In this document: positions 56,413 to 64,000 of the stretch, piece after piece
Position numbering within the stretch: the stretch's first letter is position 1
Layout of the letters: each line of letters opens with the position of its first letter
Source of the DNA: Eledone cirrhosa
Taxonomy: Eukaryota
Assembly: GCA_964016885.1 (NCBI GenBank)
Contig: OZ024746.1
Coordinates: 79,422,001 to 79,486,000, forward strand
Reading direction: 5' to 3'
Length of the DNA stretch: 64,000 bases
Made by a program: the position numbers and the translations under genes
The notes under the pieces: generated by a model
What the model saw: only the letters and a program-made list of their open reading frames with translations
Databases searched by the model: none
What the model was told of the DNA's origin: nothing

Positions 56413-56697
56413 GGAGGCACGTGGCCTAGTGGTAAGGGTGTTGGACTTACGATCATAATGTCGGGGGCTCGATTCCTGGGCTGCGTGTTGTGTTCTTGAG
56501 CAAAACACTTCATTTCACGTTGCTCCAGTATACTCAGCTGAAAATGAGTACCAGCAATAGCTGGAGGTTTAACCCTGCAATGGACTGGCGTCCTGTCCAG
56601 GGGGCAGTCTTGTACTCTCAGTCGCTTCACGCCATGAAACCGGGATAAGCATCGGCCAAATGAGCCTTCTGGCTTAAGACAGACTTTTTTTTTTTTG
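56413..56697 (+). mobile_element. Full-length tRNA-derived SINE family S2
   Basis: Box A tggcctagtggtaag, box B-like ggctcgattcc, and body accctgcaatggactggcgtcctgtccaggg...gaaaccgggataagc. Confidence 0.88.
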
Positions 56698-56882
56698 TCT
56701 CACTCATACGATCGTACACAGTATTTTCAACGTTTGTGCATCTGTCAATATTTAAATATATTTATAAAAGCATGTTCGTATGTTTGTATATATATCGTGA
56801 TAGATCTATATGTACAAGATGTCTTACATTAAGATTCTTAGACACACACAGATGCACACACACTCAAAGACACACACATACC

Positions 56883-56918
<36 letters not shown>

Positions 56919-57122
56919 CGTATATATACGTATATATGTATATATATGTATATATGTATATGTATAAATATATATATATGCATATATATATACATATATA
57001 TGTATATATATATGTATATATATACTTATATATATATGTAATATATGTATATATATATGTATATATATATGTATATATATACTTATATATATATGTAATA
57101 TATGTATATATATATGTATATA

Positions 57123-57237
<115 letters not shown>

Positions 57238-57513
57238 GTGCGTGTGTGTAGGTTTTAATTAATGAATGCACATGCGTGTATATATGTTTTTATATTCAAC
57301 TCAAGAGAAGCTTAACAAAGTGTCAAGCGAATTGTGAATTCAAGTCAGAAAACATGCATATGCATGTATAGAAAGTTGAGAACTCATTACATTTATACTT
57401 ATCTGTAGCGACCTTTCTGAATGCATAATTCACTTTTACACACTCTCTCGCTATCTCATTGTCTCCCTTTATATACATATATATATGTGTGTGTCTGCGT
57501 GTTTATATATATT

Positions 57514-57605
<92 letters not shown>

Positions 57606-57639
57606 AATATATACATATATTTATATATGTGCATACATT

Positions 57640-57699
<60 letters not shown>

Positions 57700-57802
57700 T
57701 ATATATGTACACATATATATATACATATTTTTATATTTAGGTGCACATATATGCATACATAAATATATAAATATGTACGTGTATACATACAAGTATATAT
57801 AT

Positions 57803-57875
<73 letters not shown>

Positions 57876-58062
57876 TATATATATATATATATATATACAT
57901 ATTTACATATTCATACATATAAACATATAAATATTCATCTATTTATTTATCGATATATCTCGGCACGTAGTTCATTACGTTTATTAACGATAGTCTACAA
58001 CATTAAGGGTTATATATATGCGTAATTGTATATGCGATTACAAACCCCACCCCACCATCCAT

Positions 58063-58273
<211 letters not shown>

Positions 58274-58284
58274 TATATATATGC

Positions 58285-58328
<44 letters not shown>

Positions 58329-58368
58329 TTATTGATACCTAATATATTCTTTATTTCTGTTTACCTTT

Positions 58369-58441
<73 letters not shown>

Positions 58442-58655
58442 AATATGGGGAGAAAAATACTGCATGGTTGTACATGGATAACATGTTATAAAATGAGTCC
58501 CTCATCAGTGATTTGCAAACGGTCATTGGTATTTCATTGCATTAAAAATCATATACCTCACGTTGGTGCAATAATAACTAAAATAAGTTATTAGGACAAT
58601 TAAAACGCGTAAAGCGAGTGAGACAAGTAAACAACACAGGGGAAAGCTAACCGAA

Positions 58656-58751
<96 letters not shown>

Positions 58752-59529
58752 GTATACACATGTATGTATTGATACTAATTGTCAACTGGTTACGGACCTC
58801 AATATTATTCATTTTGTCAGAAATGTAATGCTACTTCTGTGTAAGTTTGCTTTCCATCTTGTTGTCACTGAACATAGTGTCAATTGTAACAAGACCAGAG
58901 CAAATCTTCGTATCTAATACATTTATTGAAATAAATACTTTTATCACCCCATCCGCTCCCGAGGCCAGTGCTTGGTCATTTTTGTGTCTTAAACAATCAC
59001 ATATAGTGATGACTCTTATCGGTGATTGCTGTCCATGGGTTTCGTACCACTGATTGACTGACTATCGGCTTCAATTTCCGAGTCACAACTCTGTATGTAT
59101 GTTATCCATGGGGATGGGAAAGCACCGATAAGTGTTGAGTCCAGTATCGTCATAAATCAAATTTTTCCATGTGAAATAAATGATCATGAATTAACCCATC
59201 ACACTAACAACTTAGCTGCGTGTCTTAAATGTTGATATTAGACCGTCATGTATGAAATTTGTAGGAAATTGTTTTTTTGTTTTTTTTTTCTGAAAATTTC
59301 TACAAACTTCATACTTGACGACCAAGTAATAACCAAAATAAATCACTGATAATGATTACTAAGATGTGTGAAATAAAATTAGTTTTGTTGTCGATTCCTC
59401 AACACATATTTATATTCAATCAGTCTTTTTAGCATCTTGGCAATAGTTACGTTTAATACAGTACTTCAATCAAATATTTAAATAGTTCGCTGATTACAGA
59501 GAGAAATAATTAGACAACAACTGAATAAT

Positions 59530-59780
59530 ATAATAATTTTTTCTACTTTAGGCACAAGACCAGCAATTACCCAGTGCATTATGGTACTTTATTTTATCGA
59601 CCCCGTAAGGATGAAAGGCAAAATCAACAATAATGTTTTCTTATATAGACCAAGGCAAGCAATTTTGGGGGAGGAGAAAGTCGATTAAATTGACCCCAGT
59701 TTGTGACTGGTACTTTATTTTATCCACCCCGTAAGGATGAAAGGCAATGTTAACCTCCGCGGGATTTGAACTCAGAATGG
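59530..59780 (-). mobile_element. Two S1 SINE fragments
   Basis: Reverse complement of the S1 core occurs twice. Confidence 0.8.
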
Positions 59781-60099
59781 CAAAGGAACTGAATAATATA
59801 ATAATGGAATGAACTCTATGGATAATGAACACAACCATAAGGATATAGTCCGAATGTGGAAAAGCCGAACTCCCACTGTCATAGCCTCCATCTCTCTCGC
59901 CCTCCCCGTCTCTCTGTATGGTGAGCAATTGGGGTCCCATGTGCTGGCCTCTCCACAGCCCCGGAGGCCAGAATCGAGAAAACGTTTTCCCGGAGGATGG
60001 TAAGGGAGATCCGCTGAAAGAGTCATTCCAACTCGCGAGGCTCACGCCTGCGGCTGGCCAGCTCAGCGTCTATGGTGGTGAGTAGTACTTATAGTATTA

Positions 60100-60237
60100 C
60101 ATTACGGCCCTTGCCATTTTGAGTTCAAATCCCGCCGAGGTTAACTTTGCCTTTCATCCTTACGGGGTGGATAAAATAAAGTACCAGTAATGCACTGGGT
60201 AATTGTTGGCCTTGTGCCAAAAGTAGAAACAATTATA
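60100..60237 (+). mobile_element. S1 SINE fragment
   Basis: S1 core and tail. Confidence 0.8.
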
Positions 60238-60731
60238 TTACATTATGTGATACGCACACATGCATACACACATAACAAACACACACACACACACATATAC
60301 ACAAACTTATATATATATGTTTGTGTGTGTGTCTCTGTGTGCACGTGTGTATGTATGTGTGAGTGGGGAAGAGGTGAGCATGTATGTATTGTCCCTTTCA
60401 ATTTTGAGTTTACTTTTGAACGGTCAAGTTCGCGGAGGTAAGATTACAAAGAAAAGGAAATCTTCGTCGTCCCTTGCTGCAATCGTTTCTTCTGTGAATC
60501 GTACGAATGTATGTACGCACGTACGTACGTATGTATGTATGTATGTATGTATGTATGTATGTATGTATGTATGTATGTATGTATGTACGTACGTATGTAT
60601 GTATGCATGCATGTATGTATGTATGGCTTTTGAGGCTCATTGCATTGGATACGTTTAAGACGGTGCATATAATGCCTTATGTTTATATGATATGATATAT
60701 TATATTATATTACACACACACACATACACAC

Positions 60732-60781
<50 letters not shown>

Positions 60782-61444
60782 ATATATTTATAAAGATATA
60801 GAAATAGAAATACACATACACACATACTCCTGCACGTTTGCCCTCAAGAGCATGTGGATATGCATATGAGATATATCCATGTATCATGCAATACATGCAT
60901 ATTTAATATAGATTTACATATTTATATCTAAGTATATGCACATAGTCATAGACATGTGTTCTATTTAGGTATATATTTACGTAATATTTAGATGAGTTGA
61001 CTGGAGCAACGTAAAATGGAGAGTTTTAGTCGAGAACACAATCAGCCCTGGAATTGAAGTCAATACATTACGATTTTAAGATAATACTACTTGGCACCCT
61101 TCATAGAAGACAAGCATATTTTGTTTACATTTATTATTATCCTATATAACTCATAGTGCTAATTTTATGTTAAGTGTTATGTTTTTCTACGACCGTGTGT
61201 ACAAGATATGTTATTTCACGACGCTGCATTAAAATCTTGCTGTATCATTTATTCATGAGACGTATGGCAGCTTTTTCCTGTCCCTTAATAGAGAAGTGAT
61301 ATCCTTCCAATATAGAATATATTCATCGCATATCTAGTAAAAGAAATATTCAATATTTACCTCTCTCGCTTTCTCTGTTTATCCATATCTTTCTATGACG
61401 ATTGGTAATCTCTCTCTATCTCTCTCTGTCACTCTCTCTCTCTG

Positions 61445-61640
<196 letters not shown>

Positions 61641-61647
61641 ATATATA

Positions 61648-61762
61648 GGTAAGTTATTCCGGGTTGAATCGGAGGTAACCACAGTAAGTAAGGTACTCAA
61701 TACATAGCAGAGTATAAAAGTTTTAATATAGATGAGATTCTACAGGACTGTAGAATCTCATC

Positions 61763-61768
<6 letters not shown>
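61648..61768 (-). mobile_element. Mini fold-back PLE terminus
   Basis: atagatgagattctaca-ggac-tgtagaatctcatctat hairpin plus tail. Confidence 0.75.
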
Positions 61769-61801
<33 letters not shown>

Positions 61802-61806
<5 letters not shown>

Positions 61807-61948
61807 ATAATAATAAATTTCAAGACTAAAATCCAAAGAGGGCTCGATTAGGATAAATATATAAGAACCGTAGAGCAAATATTTATTAATATTTATTAGG
61901 GTGAAAGCAGCGATTCTTTGCTTAAACTTTAATATATTATTTTAATAA

Positions 61949-61952
<4 letters not shown>
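61802..61952. mobile_element. Family D mini insert (tail plus inverted HHR 3' half); another at 62716-62842
   Basis: Left part matches 33900-33994. Right part matches 36475-36529. Confidence 0.8.
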
Positions 61953-62023
<71 letters not shown>

Positions 62024-62655
62024 TACAGGTACACATACATATATGTACGCATCAGTTTAGCGGACGCTTATTATAGCACCCGCTTTGTTCGTTTGTAAAC
62101 AAACTGAACAGCCTGAATTTATGCCGCACGGTGTTAAGGCAACCACGTCACCTTTTTGTTCAACACTGACACAGGAATGATGTACTAGTTTCAAGCTTGT
62201 TAGCTATCATCAGCACCGTATACCCATCTGCCAGATAGTTGAACGTTCGAAAGTATATACTTTCGATATATCACTCGTTTGTATATATGTTTGTATGTAT
62301 ATATATACATAAATATATATATATGTATATATATATGTAAGTATGCACACGTATATACACACACATATATATATATACATACATACACATATGTGTATAT
62401 ATATGTGTGTGTGTTGTCTGTATACTTACATTTATGTATCAGCTGTGCTAGGGCGACAAATAAAATTCGAAGTTTCAGCTTGGTCTCTCCAACTGACTCC
62501 GAGAAGATAACAAGCTTAAACGTCCATGTGACTACTCCTTTGCTCACAAAATATAATGTACACATCTTAGTGTACACAACTTTACATGTATTGAATGCTC
62601 ATTGAATTAAAGTTTGAATGTTTAAGTAATATCGTATTCGAAACATCCATTCTAT

Positions 62656-62720
<65 letters not shown>

Positions 62721-62850
62721 ATAATAATATATTTGAAGACTAAAATCCAAAGAGGGTTCGATAAGGATAAATATATATCAAATATATAAGAACCCTAGAG
62801 CAATTCTTTGCTTAAACTTTAATCTGTTATTTTAATAAATATATATATAT

Positions 62851-63265
62851 ACGGGGTAATAAATAATAGTTAAATGCAGTCCACTTAGGTATAGTCCAGT
62901 TATGGTATTCCAGGTAGTGGATGATATTAACGCTTGGCTTGGTTTGACTCAACAAGGCGTTTTCATAGTGATGCTGCGGGTATGCTGTAATTCCTATGTT
63001 GTAAACACTTGGAGTAATAATAAATCAGGAAAGAAGGTTGACATGGTTTGCTATACAAAAAAGGTTTTTAATCTCATAGCTGACAATTGTTTCTCTGAAC
63101 TGGTAGGTCTAGAGATCGCTATTCGCTTGTTTTCACGTTACTCGATCGAGTAACGTGAAAATAAGCGAATAGCGATCTCTAGACCTACCAGTTCAGAGAA
63201 ACAATTGTCAGCTATGAGATTAAAAACCTTTTTTGTATAGCAAACCATGTCAACCTTCTTTCCTG

Positions 63266-63270
<5 letters not shown>
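62851..63270 (-). mobile_element. Fold-back insert: 125-bp arms (63021-63270) centred on CGATCG plus 170-bp tail
   Basis: Near-perfect palindrome with centre 63145/63146. Partial HHR (GAAA-caattg-TC-agctat). Confidence 0.8.
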
Positions 63271-63319
<49 letters not shown>

Positions 63320-63462
63320 GGAGGGAGAGAGAGAGAGAGATGTGAGAAAAACCACAGACCCTCCATCTCAACTCTACTTTTGAAAAGCAGAAGAACTGCG
63401 AAACTGGTAAAGGAACGAAATAAATATATATATATTTTTTAAAAATAAGACTCTAGTTGTGC

Positions 63463-63513
<51 letters not shown>

Positions 63514-63599
63514 TGTTTGTGTGTGTGTGTGTGTTTATATAACGGACTCGCTCGTCGCTTTCGACACATAAGGGCCAGAAATTTTACTTTTTTACTCCC

Positions 63600-63880
63600 C
63601 ATTTTAGTTTCTGTCCCCTTGTGAGACACTAAAGCTGCTTTGCGTTTGAAAATGAGGCAGCACCCATTACAAAGACTTCCCCTGGTTTAGCTTCTGATGC
63701 CACTTTGACGTGTTTCTCCATACTTGTATGTTTGATATTGTCTTTCGTATTATCCTTGTATCTAGGCCTGTTCCTACGTTTCAGCCCTGCCTCACTGGAA
63801 GTTAAACATAATTGAGAATTTGTTGAAGTCTTTCTTCATTCATACTATCATGGCTAGCCCCTTTTATCTAGGACTAGGCG
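63600..63880 (-). pseudogene. Highly decayed RTE LINE 3' fragment
   Basis: Minus-strand translation across frames gives ..SHDSMNEERLQQIL..GLKRRNRPRYKDNTKDNIK, like the RTE GH..RM..R.PKQ..GRP..RYKD..K motif. Confidence 0.45.
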
Positions 63881-64000
63881 AAGAAGGCCTCTTTGCTTGG
63901 TATATCCCATTTATAAAACAACCCATCATATCTTCTTCTTCTTCTTCTTCTTCTTCTTCTTCTTCTTCTTCTTCTTCTTCTTCTTCTTCTTCTTCTTCTT

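Noticed and set aside
56413-56490. tRNA gene
   Set aside because: The box A/B head continues into a SINE body found in several copies, and there is no convincing cloverleaf.
58830-59062. Approximately 75-codon open frame on minus
   Set aside because: No start or convincing splice sites and no recognisable motif.
59244-59320. Imperfect 25-bp hairpin around a T-run
   Set aside because: No termini or TSD identifiable. Probably the interior of an old MITE.

Overview
This window is AT-rich eukaryotic intronic/intergenic DNA. The SINE families and (TA)n/(CA)n/(GA)n density suggest an octopod cephalopod (inference). Almost every ORF in the supplied track is a microsatellite artefact. Recognisable protein-coding remnants are a 5'-truncated Penelope-like retroelement (RT plus GIY-YIG, Naiad-like, 33900-36529, minus strand), several RTE-clade LINE pieces, and one plausible host terminal exon (31533-31676, minus, SLC6-transporter-like C-terminus). 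The main signal is that many of the short 'unique' islands between (TA)n tracts are retro-inserts from about 20 sequence families carrying hammerhead ribozyme (HHR) motifs. I read more than 25 such motifs by eye, including C3U/G8A, U4C and U4A core variants, one family with covarying helices. Many inserts are asymmetric fold-backs: (TA)n, short inverted arm, junction, long arm plus tail, (TA)n. Each arm ends at a family-specific TA, and the inversion junction repeatedly falls in an HHR helix or short palindrome. Two non-coding monomers (557 and 498 bp) occur as partial tandems, resembling retrozymes. All coordinates and structures were read manually and need computational confirmation.
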